Of a DNA stretch of 64,000 nt, positions 38,611 to 51,234 are shown piece after piece. Under the pieces are notes generated by a model, which saw nothing but the letters and a program-made list of their open reading frames with translations, did no database searches and was not told the origin of the DNA. The stretch is from Octopus bimaculoides (lineage: Eukaryota). The stretch is taken from contig NC_068982.1 in assembly GCF_001194135.2 (NCBI RefSeq), positions 161,976,383 to 162,040,382 on the forward strand. The letters are read 5' to 3'. Numbering within the stretch: position 1 is the stretch's first letter; each line of letters starts with the position of its first letter. A program made the translations under genes and the position numbers.

Positions 38611-40187
38611 GTAAAGAAATATTACTGATTTAAAGCACAGTTAAAAAACAATGTTGGTATGTAGAAATTTGTGTGCTTGTGATTTGTTATATTGTAAATG
38701 TTTTATTTAAAAAGAAAAGAACATTATGATGTATATTATTTGCCCACAGAAGTAAACCAATTCTTGCATTTGTTGTTATGTAGTCCCATGTTAGCTCACT
38801 CTTTAATAGACCTGTGAGACATTGGAAGCAAGCTGTTTGAATGTTTCGATATGACCCACAGATCATGCACAACCTTCAGGTTGAGGTCAATATTACACAT
38901 GCTGACATACAGGGCCTTTGAGTGAGTGAGTGAGTGAGGTGGTGGTGGTGGTGGTGGTGGTGGGGGGACTGTAGGTATATTGCATTCTCCCTATTTGGCC
39001 AATCAGGTTTTGTAGGCTGGCTCAAGTGGTGGTTATAAGAGTAACAGACAAGGTAGACTTAGCTAGACCATGGTAATTATCTCCCTTTATCACTTATTTC
39101 CCAGTGGAATATATGCTAGCACAGTGCATTAAGTTAATGAGATTGTTAATGCTACAGGAATTTTGATGTATATGTGTTTTTATGCATTAGTCTCAGTAGA
39201 GAGGGAGTAGTAGCAGTCAGTTTTGCTCACTTATTCCTCTAGTAGTACAAAGGTAGCTGAATAAAGAATTGTGTTAACCATGACTACCTTGTCTCTATTG
39301 TGGAGCTTATTTCTTTTTGTTAGCTTCCAGTCAGCCCTGAATGAGTTAAACTACTATTACAAGTGGTTCAGACATGACCATTTCAGCAAATGCAACAGAT
39401 TTCTTTGGCTGACCATACATTGCTTCCAGTGTAACTAAGGATGTCACAAGACCTATTTGACCCTCTCTCCAACACTCCATATTTCCATCTCTCATTTTTA
39501 TCACTGTAGATTCCTCCTTACCATTTTAAAAGAATAATTAAGAGACCTCATTGGACCTGTGTATATCTCATACACTCTACCTAAATACCTCACTGATCAT
39601 TTGGTATTGACATTCATCAGTCACTCTCACCATTTATTCACCTATTGTTATCAGTCACTCCTTCTCTCAAGTCTAGCCTCTCTAGCACAGTTACCATGAT
39701 AAAACACACTCAGCATATTCTATAAAGTGTTTGGTGTTAGAAAGAGCATCCAGCTGTAAAAACCCAGCTAAAAATGAAACTTATGCACAAGATTTGATCC
39801 CCTGACCCATCTAGGGAAGCAGAAATGACTCAACCGCATCATGCCACTAGGGAAAGTGGATGCAAAACTGTCTTTGATGATGACAGCAGCAAGAATTATG
39901 CAAGCTAATGTGTTCTTTCTGTTTTAAAACATTAGAGTGTGATTTGAATGAGATTTGGCTTATTTCTAGCATGTTAATCAACCATGTAGATGCTGTTCAT
40001 TGCCTTATGGAATGTACTGTCCTTAGACCTAGGTTCTGAAGTATATTGAGAGAGAGATATGGTTGCTACAGTAGATAAGTTCAGTGACTAATAACATCCT
40101 CTCTGGTTCATAGTTGGGAGTGTGATGCAGTAGTATATTATTTGGGGAAGGGATCTCTACAATCTGGTTATAATTTCAATGCTGATC

Positions 40188-40343
40188 ATCATCATCGTCA
40201 TCATCATCATTTAACGTCCACTTTCCATGCTAGCATGGGTTGGACAATTTGACTGAGGACTGATGAACCAGATGGCTACACCAGGCTCCAATCTGATTTG
40301 GCAGAGTTTCTACAGTTGGATGCCCTTCCTAATGCCAACCGCT
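40188..40343 (-). mobile_element. RTE 3'-tail copy
   Basis: (CAT)n then ttaacgtcc...ccatgctagcatgg...gcccttcctaatgccaacc. Confidence 0.88.
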
Positions 40344-40689
40344 CCTGATGTCCTTGTTAAAGCCTTTGAGACCACAGTCCCCAGTATTCTTCATGTTAAA
40401 ATGAGAAGTCATTATTCTGTGAGCCACATATATATAGAGGATATAGGTTATTGTTAATTTCTTGTTTTATGGTGCCACTATTGAAAGATGTTGCAGTCAG
40501 CTGGAGCAAGTATTTCTTTTTATTGAAAATCACATCTTTTCACTCTAGATGTTCGTCACCTGAAGGTCTTTCCCTATGAGAGATCAATTGTGCAATCTAA
40601 TGGAATATTTGTAATATATACAGTACTTCTGATTCTTATAGTAGTGGACTCAACCTCTTCACGGTACCAATTTAAAGGACTACAGCAAC

Positions 40690-40958
40690 GTAATTGAATT
40701 GATCCCTAGTGCCCCTGGACTGGCTTGTGCGGGTGGCACATAAAAGACACCATTTCGAGCGTGGCCGTTTTCGTGTGGGTGACACGTAAAAGCACCCACT
40801 ACACTCTCTGAGTGGTTGGCGTTAGGAAGGGCATCCAGCTGTAGAAACTCTGCCAAATTAGATTTGAGCCTGGTGTTGCCATCCGGTTTCACCAGTCCTC
40901 AGTCAAATCGTCCAACCCATGCTAGCATGGAAAGCGGACGTTAAACGATGATGATGAT
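40690..40958 (+). mobile_element. Young RTE 3'-UTR/tail copy
   Basis: CpG-rich, subrepeats, ends gttaaacgatgatgatgat. Confidence 0.88.
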
Positions 40959-41719
40959 AAGCTCTATTTAATGCCACTGTACTTGATTCAATCAAGGGGC
41001 ATAATTTAATGGTGCCTGTTATTGTCTATTGTGTATTGTCTGTTACACATTGTATAGTTATACATTGGTGATGTTCTAATATGTAATTGTGTGTTTGTGT
41101 GCATGCATGATAATATGTAGTGTGTGCGTTATATCTTGAAAAAAAATATGTTATAAGTATAGCATAAGTGGCAGTAGTTCTATATATATTCTAGGTTTGT
41201 ATCTAATCATTATAGCACACACCCTGCACCAACATGACAATAGAAGAACATTCTGTGCTGCCCAGGAAATAAAGCACTTAGTTGTTTGCCAATTTGCTGA
41301 ATGAGAATTATGATAATTCTGCATGAATTTATTTTAAACATATTGTTTATATTATTTTGCAACAGATATACTTTTCTTTTTTACACTTAAAATTTCACTT
41401 GCATTACAATAACCCACTGTAAAAGTAACAGGATTGTTGTGGATGGAATATTTTTCTTTAATGTTACTTTTATAGTGGGTGTATCACACACAACACACAC
41501 ACAACACACACAGACACACACACACACATCTTCAATCTCTTCCCACCTCTCTCTGTATGTGTACATACAGGATAAAGTGATTAAGCTAGTCAGTATGCAG
41601 TAGGATAATTAAGCTTAAACAAATCTTAGAAAAGAAAACAGCAACTTTTACCTCAGCCTACACTCCTCAATCAGGACTGCCAGATGACCAAAAGGGCCAT
41701 TTTAGGATACCCTTTAGCA

Positions 41720-42330
41720 GTTTACCTCAATAATGAATGATAGTGACCTTGTCCTTATGGCCTGTGGCCTCAACAAGCATGAATGGCAGCATGCTGAGGG
41801 ATTCCATGGTATGCATGGAGACTATGGATTTTGTTTTTAAAATGAGGAGGGAACAAGGATCTTGGAGCTCCGTTATGCAAATGACTTTATGATCTGCAAC
41901 ACCAACTTGAAGAAATCAGCCAGTCTCCTGATCACCTACCAATTTGGTGGGCATGCAAGCCATGTTCTCACCAATAAGCAGGATAGACATATCCTTAGTT
42001 TCTTTTACTAAGGTAAGCTAATTAGCAGTAGAGGAGGATGTTCTGAAAATATAGCTGCCAGAACACAAACTGGCTGGAGAAAGTTTAGAGACCTGTTAGC
42101 TCTGTTGACAACAAAAGGTCTTTCTCTCAGAATGAAAGGCAGATTGTATGAGGCTTGTGTACAAGGTAGTGATACTTGGATTGTGGATGCTGAGGAAACA
42201 TGAAGACTAGAAGGAAATGAAGCTTGTATGCTCTACTGAATATGCAGTCAAGTGTGCATGCACGACACAATAGTGTCTCAAATATTTTCTTGTCCCAAAA
42301 AAGAATGTCCAGTATTTGAGATGTCATTTT
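41720..42330 (+). mobile_element. Internally deleted RTE LINE (endonuclease fragment fused to RT C-terminal fragment)
   Basis: GFHGMHGDYGF..NEEGTRILE..ANDFMICNTN, followed by SLRMKGRLYEACVQ. Confidence 0.7.
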
Positions 42331-42449
42331 GTCAACTAATATAACATTTTGGCAATGTTATAGATGTATGAGATGACCATGAAAGATCATCAGAGATTAG
42401 GAGACTTAGAATTTTAGTGATGTTGAGAGACTTATTACTTATGTGTGTG

Positions 42450-42484
<35 letters not shown>

Positions 42485-42849
42485 GGAAAGGCTTTTTCTT
42501 GATATGTGTACAGTTAGAGATGTAGTAACTGTGTCATATCTATTTTATTCATTATGAATTCAGTTGTTCCATTATTCATTTCTGTCATCTGCTGATCTAG
42601 TGTCAGTATAACCTAATTCATCTATAATACATATATATTTAGATTTTTATGTTGCTAATACTATACACCCAGTTATTTGAAAATAGCCTGAATTCTTTAG
42701 AACTTTAATTTTGCAAGAACTTTACAGATGTTTGTTACTGATTAAGTAACATTTTGTTCATACTTGGAACAACTGAATTCATAAATGAAAGTGCCTGACA
42801 TTAGCTAGAATGTCTTATTGACATCACCAAACATTGTATTGTTGATATT

Positions 42850-42987
42850 AAGGATAGTGTATCCTTAATATCTATGACTTTTCCTAATTTGGTAAAATAG
42901 TCTTATCTGTGGAGTGAAAGGATAGTGTATCCTTAATATCTATGGCTTTTCCTAATTTGGTAAAATAGTCTTATCTGTGTAGTGAAA
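42850..42987. repeat. 68-bp tandem duplication starting inside a 29-bp palindrome
   Basis: Units start at 42850 and 42918; 2 substitutions. Confidence 0.93.
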
Positions 42988-43869
42988 TTTGAGAGAGGTT
43001 ATTTGCAGTCAAAACTGTTTTCCTGGTACAAGTTAATTCTGGGGCTAACAACAGTCTTATGATGATTGTCAGTGCTTTCCGTTGTAGCATTGTTCTTGAC
43101 AGATGAGAAAAGTATAATTACATAAAATACATGACTTGTTTAATTATATCTATTCTAAGGATATGACTATAACTTTTACATCACAGTGGAAGTGCATTGA
43201 AGTTTTGTTTGCTCCACTAACAAATACATAAAAGACAAGGTTAATAGTTTGAATAATTTTAAGCTGATGGGATAGAATGAGTCACATTGTCTGAAAGCAC
43301 ACCTCTGCATGTTGTAGGCATCAGTATTATTGTGCTCCTATATTGATATCTGGAGATATATAAGCAAAAAAGAAATTTCACCCTAACTATAATCTCATTT
43401 ATCATTAATACAGCATGTACACTGAAGAGGCAACAATATGTATCCTATAATGGTTATCACTTATCATTAGTGTCCCATAGCTGAGCTAGGCCTACATTTT
43501 CTCCTCATGCTCTCTGAATTGTGTTTTATAGCTAACAGGGGTATACTCTCCAACATTAACAACAACAGTAGCTATAGATGAAACTCTATATATGTATCAG
43601 AAATCAAACAATATGTTTTAAGATGTCTAATAAACACACTTGGATGTAGGGTTGAATTATTGTTTACATGTCTGTTTAATGGGTGTTGAGTAACGGGTTC
43701 ACTTGATATATAATTTTGATGATGATGATGATGTTAGATCTGATGAAAATAAGGACAAAAGGAAAATCATGATCTTAATACATTATATATAATGAACATT
43801 TGGAGCAGTCTTTTAAAGGATTAGAGTTTTCACATGGCCAGAGGTCAGTGACATACTAGTTATACATGT

Positions 43870-44096
43870 ACCACACCTGTGTTGGTGCCATGTAAAAAGC
43901 ATGTGCTGGTGCCACATAAAGAGCACTCAGTACACTTTGTAAAGTGTTTGGCATTAGGAAGAAAATCCAGCCATAGAAACCTTGCCAAAGCAGACAATCG
44001 GAGTCTGGTGCAGCTCTCTGGCTTGCCAGCTTCTGTCAAACCATCTGACCCATGCCAGCATGGGAAATGAATGTTAAATGATGATGATGATGATAA
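43870..44096 (+). mobile_element. RTE 3'-tail copy
   Basis: ggcattaggaagaaaatccagcc...ccatgccagcatgg...gttaaatgatgatg. Confidence 0.75.
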
Positions 44097-44510
44097 TAGA
44101 GAAATAGGGGCTGTATACATACCTTACGTAGACCTTTCCAAACTGTTGAAGTTATTATTAAGACTGAACTTCTGTGGGATAAGGTCTGTAGGCAAAAAAG
44201 TGAACAGGTAGGAAGTTCTAGGAAATGAAAAATTGAGTAAAATGTTTAAAGCTGAGTCAAGGAGGTTAAAACTCTCAAGAAATGACAAGAGAGATGAGTG
44301 CATTGGATGGGCTTGGAAAATGCTGGTGTGAGTTCAGAAGAGCAAAAGCTTTTGCAGAGGAAAGAATAGAGGATATAACATTTAGTGATTTTTTTTTTTA
44401 AACCTGAAAAATTGTTGAATGTTATTTGGCAGTCATGTCCAAAACTACTAGATATGTTATTTTATTTTGAATATTATATGGATATTTACATTGTTGACGT
44501 TTGTTGAAAG

Positions 44511-44672
44511 GTATCGTCACAATTGGAGTTATGGGCAGAAGAACTACAGCACATGGAAATGTGCAATGATCCAGCAAAAGCAGAACAGATCTTACTGATG
44601 CACACAGAAAATTTATTGCACATGCAGAACTGTACATTCGAAGTTCTGCAACGAGGTCAAGAGCTTTGTCAG
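44511..44672 (+). CDS. TRIO: Trio exon, spectrin repeat (0 to 0)
   Basis: gaaag|GTA...CAG|gtcagt; VSSQLELWAEELQHMEMCNDPAKAEQILLMHTENLLHMQNCTFEVLQRGQELCQ. Confidence 0.92.
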
Positions 44673-44836
44673 GTCAGTGGATGTGTTCTATTTAATTTTT
44701 AAAAAATTTCTGATTAGAGTTTTAAAAAATAATAAAAGTGATATACTTCGTATTCATGTTAAATTGAAAATTATTTGGAATTGTGAATATTTGCAAATTT
44801 TAATAATAAATATCATTGTAATTTTGTCTCTTTCAG

Positions 44837-45019
44837 TTGTTTGAAAACACAGGTGTGCAATTAATGGCTGATTCACAATATGATGCTCAGACTAGAATCC
44901 AACTATTGCTGGAATATTTGCATGAACGAGAATTGGATTTAGAGAATTTGGCTGAAAGTCGTCGCATTCGTCTGGAGCAATGTGTCCAGCTACGTAATTT
45001 TGAGTATGAAACCAGGCAG
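44837..45019 (+). CDS. TRIO: Trio exon, spectrin repeat (0 to 0)
   Basis: tttcag|TTG...CAG|gtgagg; LFENTGVQLMADSQYDAQTRIQLLLEYLHERELDLENLAESRRIRLEQCVQLRNFEYETRQ. Confidence 0.96.
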
Positions 45020-45846
45020 GTGAGGATTAAGTATTGGAATTATTCTCAACTTTAATAAAGTGATTATCTCTAACTATTGACAATTTCAATAACCATCATG
45101 TGTCAACTACATCTGAAATTAGGTAACAAAATATATGGAAACCAAAAGAACTCTGAGAATTATATTTCTTTGGAATCTACAAACTGCAACTGTTTCTCTG
45201 TTTCATTAAATAAACTTACACATTTCAAAAATATTTTACAATTCTTCATAATGTTTTTCTTCAATTCAAAAAATTACTCAGAGATTGCAGTCTATATTTC
45301 ACTGCATGCACTTATGGTAAAGTTTTCAAAATGCTTTTCTACAATTCTTCAAAGTTGTCTTCTATTTGAAATGTTGTGGGGAAAGAAATCTTGATTAAAA
45401 AAAAAAAGATTGTTTTCTGAACATTTCTGCTTGAATTCTCAACTTCTCATTAAATCTTTTTCAAAACTTAATTTCTACTTAATAAACTGTATAAAAGTAA
45501 CTTTTTATATATCCTTAGTAAAATCATGTCAAAAATGGGAAATCTATTCATTGCTCTCTCTAGATGTTTTATGGCTGATATTTGATATATGAATAGAGAT
45601 TTTTCTCAATGGAAAAAAAAAGAACAACTTTTTTTTATCATTATTATTTATTTTACGATTGTGAAATTCTAAAATAACCTGTTTGTCAAGATATGTGTAA
45701 ATTAATTACAAATTGGTATACATTGGCGTTATTATATCATTTGTTATTTATTGTATTTAATATTTTACATTTTTCTACAATAAAACTCACCTTTTGTAAT
45801 GTTTATAGTGAACACATATTTATAATGAATACAACATTCATTTTAG

Positions 45847-45966
45847 GTGGTTTCTTGGATTCAAAATGGAGAGACAATGTTGACTGCCAGTTTTATGTGT
45901 CCAGATAATTTAATGGAAACTGAACAACTGAAGAAAGAACATGAAAAGTTTATGTTGGCTATTGAG
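45847..45966 (+). CDS. TRIO: Trio exon, spectrin repeat (0 to 0)
   Basis: ttttag|GTG...GAG|gtacag; VVSWIQNGETMLTASFMCPDNLMETEQLKKEHEKFMLAIE. Confidence 0.95.
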
Positions 45967-46191
45967 GTACAGTTGTCTTTTGTTTCTGATTTTTTTTTTT
46001 TTNNNNNNNNNNTTAAAAGTTAAAAAAAAAAAATCAATTTAGCAATACTAGCTGTACTTTTTCTTCTGTCAGTCCCTCCATAAATTAGGCTCTAATATAA
46101 AACGTTGTCTGAGGCCCAGTTGAAATATAATTTTACTATTTTGTTTTTCTCTATGCTGTGTAATTATCTCTTATTGTCTGTCACATTGTAG

Positions 46192-46383
46192 AAAACACAT
46201 GCGAATGTGATCCAAGTCACTCAAAAGGCAGAGAGCATGATCCAAAGCAACCATTACAATTCTGAATTTGTACGTGTTATCGCAGAAAATATGAATTTGG
46301 TTTGGCAACAGCTAATGTATCATGCTGAAGAACGTCACAAACTTGTAATGGCATCAATGACTTGGTATAAAACAGCTGAACAA
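46192..46383 (+). CDS. TRIO: Trio exon, spectrin repeat (0 to 0)
   Basis: ttgtag|AAA...CAA|gtatgt; KTHANVIQVTQKAESMIQSNHYNSEFVRVIAENMNLVWQQLMYHAEERHKLVMASMTWYKTAEQ. Confidence 0.95.
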
Positions 46384-46606
46384 GTATGTTTGTAATTCTA
46401 TTTTATATTCATAAAAATAACTGATTTTTCTTTGGCCTTCCATTTCTAAAATGAACTTAAATATTTGTTAACAGTTCTATCTTATGATAGTATTTCGTAT
46501 TTATGTAATTGTTAAATTTAATTTTTTTTGTCCTATTTAGTTTTGAGAATTATATTTTTGCTGTCATTAATATTTTGAGTGATTATATTTTTCTTTTTCT
46601 TTACAG

Positions 46607-46753
46607 GTTTGGTCAGTTTTAGAAAGTTTAGATCGAGATTATAAACGAGATGAAGACTGGTGTAGCACAGACAAAGCTAACTGCACTGACAAAGCTGCAT
46701 TCTTAGTACAAGCAATCAATAAGCATAATGAACAAAAGGAAGCCTTTCTTAAG
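46607..46753 (+). CDS. TRIO: Trio exon, spectrin repeat (0 to 0)
   Basis: ttacag|GTT...AAG|gtaacg; VWSVLESLDRDYKRDEDWCSTDKANCTDKAAFLVQAINKHNEQKEAFLK. Confidence 0.96.
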
Positions 46754-46806
46754 GTAACGTATTTGACTCGTGTTTATGTTCAAATTTTAAAATATGAAAT
46801 GTTTAA

Positions 46807-47025
46807 CCCTTTAGCATTTAAACTAACCATATCCATCCAAAATATTCTACTGCTTTATGTTCAAACTGGCCAGATCTGGCCTCTCATACCTACCCTATAA
46901 TTTCATTCTAAAAGTAAACAATCACATCATCAAAATCTCAAAGCTGTTAGATAATGCATGATTAATACAAAACAATATGAAGGAATAAGAATTACATTTG
47001 ACAAAATAATCTGAATGTTAAAGAG
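46807..47025. mobile_element. piggyBac-type MITE (TTAA TSD)
   Basis: TTAA|ccctttagcattta ... tgaatgttaaagag|TTAA; TIR 11/14. Confidence 0.75.
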
Positions 47026-47099
47026 TTAAGATTTTGAAATATTGAAATTATTTCTGTAGACTTCAATGGAATTTATATAATGTTTCTACTTTCATTTAG

Positions 47100-47211
47100 G
47101 CTTGCACTTTAGCCAGACGTACAGCAGAGACATTCTTAAAATATGTCAACCGCAACCTTCACACTTTGGGAATGGATGTGAAGTACAGAAATCCAGAATC
47201 TCATGTAAAAG
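47100..47211 (+). CDS. TRIO: Trio exon, spectrin repeat (0 to 1)
   Basis: atttag|GCT...AAAG|gtaaat; ACTLARRTAETFLKYVNRNLHTLGMDVKYRNPESHVK. Confidence 0.95.
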
Positions 47212-47327
47212 GTAAATTTTATTAATTTAATGTCAATGTATTCATAATTTTTATCAGTTAATATTTGTAGAGTTTTAGGTACAAACAGATTTATTTTTAC
47301 AGTGATCCTACACCTAGAGCTAACATA

Positions 47328-47560
47328 GAGGGTGGACCAAAAGTCACCTGACAATAAATCAAAACCATTTAATTCCAAGATTTATGTATGTTTAACAACT
47401 GAATGAATTTAATATAAGCATCTAAATATGAAACGTCTTGAAAATTGTTCAAACTGAAGTCCTTCTTGAGTGACACATTTTTCCATTCAAGCCAATACAG
47501 AATTACAGATAGTATTTATGGAATTTTGATTTACTGTCGGATGACTTTTAGCCAACCCTG
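47328..47560. mobile_element. Tc1/mariner-type MITE (TA TSD)
   Basis: TA|gagggtggaccaaaagtcacc ... gatgacttttagccaaccctg|TA. Confidence 0.65.
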
Positions 47561-48022
47561 TATTACTAAAGTTCCTAGACGTTTCTTCTTCAATAGATAT
47601 GAAGCTTTAATAGCAATCTGTTGAAGTTGTAATTCCCCATTTACTGAAAGTTATCATAATTTGTATTGTGTTTGATTTTAATACTGTAAGTTATCTTTTT
47701 CAGTTTACAAATTATCTTAAAATTGTATTCTTGCAGACCTTCTGTAAAGTAATACATCTTGATAGGTTTAGAATATATACATATATTTTACTGAAGCGGG
47801 AATTTGGCTAACTATTCACCAATGAAGGAACTTTGTTGATAATTTACTGATGGAGGAATTTTTTTGTTTTTCACTAATTCACTGACAGAGGTATTTGGTA
47901 ATTAATTTAGTGGGTGGTCTAATCTGATTATCAATGTACTGTTGTGATATTTTAATCAGTAACTTACTGTTGGAGTAATTTGGGTGTAAATTTACTGATA
48001 TTTTCTGGGGGTTTTTTTACAG

Positions 48023-48138
48023 CAACTCTTGATCAATTACTACAACAGGAAAATGCTGTGATTGAATATTGGACTGTAAAGAAACGAAAGTTAGAACATT
48101 GTCATCAGTATGTCCTTTTTGAACAAAGTGCCAAACAG
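48023..48138 (+). CDS. TRIO: Trio exon, spectrin repeat (1 to 0)
   Basis: ttacag|CA...CAG|gtaaag; (A)TLDQLLQQENAVIEYWTVKKRKLEHCHQYVLFEQSAKQ. Confidence 0.96.
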
Positions 48139-50631
48139 GTAAAGTGTCATTTCATGTTATATCTTTTGTAGGAGTAGCTAGTATTCTTAAGTTAGGAGTT
48201 TATCATTGTTCATCACTTTTAATACTATATACAAAAGTGTTCCTATTTGAATTAACCCCTAGAACCTGCAAATATTCTGTAGGGGACATGATTTCAGTGG
48301 AATATAATCCTGGAAGACTCAAAAGCTGGTTTCGTGTTTACAGCTTGTTTAATTGGCAGAAACATCATTATTTTCAGCTTTCAACTCAAAACAATGTGGC
48401 CATTTGCTTTTACATCTTCCAAGAGTATAGTCAAACTAAAGCATGCTCGTGGGTTCAGAGGATTTAAACTCTTGATCAGAATCTCACAACATGAATTGTA
48501 ATCTAAAGTTTCAGTTGATCAACTACAGTGTAAAATATATATGCCAATATATAAGGTTACAGATATTTTATTAAACCCCTTCAAAGTTTTGATTATAATG
48601 AAAATAAATTAAAATGCATATGCAGATCCCTCATGGGAAATATAGTGGTGAAAGGGTAATTACAATTGGTTATTAGAAACAATTGCTTTTGTAACTTTTC
48701 TCGAGTCTTAAATAGGTGAGAAATATCACTCTCACTCTTTTGACTGGAATGCCAGTCTGTTGCAGATAACTTTGTCTAGAAGCTAGGTGAACTGTAAAGT
48801 ATCCAACCCAGAGACCTAGTAAACCACTGTTGAGGGTTCGGATGAGAGTCTGATAAGTGAGGCCATCACTTACATTATTGCTATTATTGAAGCAGTAAAC
48901 ATAATAAATAACAATTTGTTCATACTGCTGCATAATTTAAAATAGAACCTCCTGTAATGGCTAAAAGTTTACATTAAAATATCTATAAAGATGATATTTA
49001 CTTGTCAAGATTTTCAAAATAAAATGACAAACCAATATTGTGATTTGTTGTCATATTTCAGCAATAAAATATTTGACAGGGTTCATGTAATATAAACATA
49101 CTTTCCAGATACTTCTCTTTTATGATAGCTGAATCATAAATATCATTACCTTGACACTGATTCATTTCAAAATATACCATAATAGAAGGTTTTTGTTTCT
49201 TTTACTCTTACTTTTCTAAGACGAGTGTACCAAAAGTGTTGTGCCAATTTGTCAAAATACAGCACTTTAGTATTATTTTTTTTCATTTATATTTTAGTTC
49301 TCCATTACTTGAACTGAAATCAATTCAATGACAGTGTTGTTGTTGTGGTTGTTACTAAAGACATTTTCTTTTCAAATTGAATGGAATTTAATCTCTCTTA
49401 CTGATTTTGTCAATGTCTAGCAACTATTTATGCATGCCAATATCTTTATTTATACATAGTTCATGATAAAGTAGTATAGATTTCTTGAAACATTGTCTGA
49501 TATATATAAATGTTTTAAGTATTTTTAAAAGCCAAAACAATGCAAGTTATAAAAAAATAATAATATAGGTTGATGGTTAGTACTGTTATGTAGTATTTCA
49601 ATATTTCAGGCTTAGGACCTTTTCTTTGGGAAATGTACCGAGAAAAGATGTTTATAGCTGATATCACTGCTCTGTAGTTTGTGTGTGTGAAGGGTTATTT
49701 TGCATTGCTATAGTACCCAATCAGTTGAGTGCAGTTTAGATCTGTTATTAATTTGCAGGCTGTACTTGTTAATTAAAATAGTTTCTTTTATTCTTAAATT
49801 CTCAATGCTTCTTTCTGCTGCTGCAATTGAAAATCAGATGTCTTTGTCGTGGTATTTTTGTAGGTGTTTTTTGACCGAAGAAACATTAGCATAGAAGTTT
49901 TTCTTCAACCTGTATGTGAACTTGTCTAGTGGTACTTCTGATGTAGAATTCATTACATCTGCTACACATGATTTTATACTGTCTTGGTCTGCTTTTAGCT
50001 AGGAGCCTTCTCAGGAAAGGTCCAGAGTATGCTAGTTGTATATCTAATTCCTTCCTTAAGGCTAAAAAGGTGGATTGTAGCACCAGGAAATAGTATTAAC
50101 CATTGGCCTATATTGTTTATTTTTTTTGAATAACTTTAATTGTTTTGGCTTAAAAAATATTTTAAACATTTATAGTGGATGACATCTAAATAGTATCAGT
50201 CAAATAATCTAATATCTGGATAATTCTCCTCACTATATTGTAGTGAGTGATTTCAATATTGAGTGGACAGATGATAGTAATGATAGAGAAACATTTGATA
50301 TTGATTTGGTCCACCTTATACTCTCCTTTTGCACACACATTTACCACAAAGCTGCTACTTTATTCCATCTCTACTCAGTTTCTCACTTGACACTTCAGGC
50401 AGTAAAATGATTTTGTCACCTCAAAAATTGTATTGAGCAAGAAACTCTGAATAACACCACCTAAATCAAATCAACTTTGAATTACACCAGTTTTGTGCAA
50501 ATAAATATACCCTGTACTATGTATTGAGTGCTCCTTTTCTCATTCGTTAAAACAAAAGTATAGATATACATGCATGGGTATGTGTGCACTCATAAGCATG
50601 TGTACACTTCCTTATTCACTCTCTCTCTGTA

Positions 50632-50674
<43 letters not shown>

Positions 50675-50684
50675 NNNNNNNNNN

Positions 50685-50726
<42 letters not shown>

Positions 50727-51001
50727 TACACACGTAAACATGCATATATATACACAATTTGTATTGAGCTTTCTTATGTTTCTATATTAAAGAACCTCAA
50801 CTTTAACACATCAGCATACACACTCTCATAGTATTTTATTTAACTTGTGGTTTTGAAAAAAGAAAGAAAAAGAATCACAAAAAACCAAGATCTTCCACAA
50901 ATCCTTTATTATTCTGCATAATCTCCCATATTATATATCTATTATACATTATCTGTATAGTCTTTTCTTGTTCCTTATGTTAATTAATTTCTTTTCTGCA
51001 G

Positions 51002-51124
51002 GCATTAGACTGGATTCATGATTCAGGCGAGGCATACTTGTCAACACACACATCTGTTGGTGAAACCAGAGAAGAAACAGAGTCACTGTTAAGAGAATAC
51101 TATGAGTTTCGTGGCAGGGCCAAG
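51002..51124 (+). CDS. TRIO: Trio exon, spectrin repeat (0 to 0)
   Basis: ctgcag|GCA...AAG|gtaaca; ALDWIHDSGEAYLSTHTSVGETREETESLLREYYEFRGRAK. Confidence 0.96.
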
Positions 51125-51234
51125 GTAACATTGACCATATTGTATTCTATTTGTTGTTGGTGAATGTCAGTCTCTATTTTAAAGTGAAGAGAGAGACATG
51201 AGAAAAGGTGTTCAGAAACCAAACAAGAGCAGCT

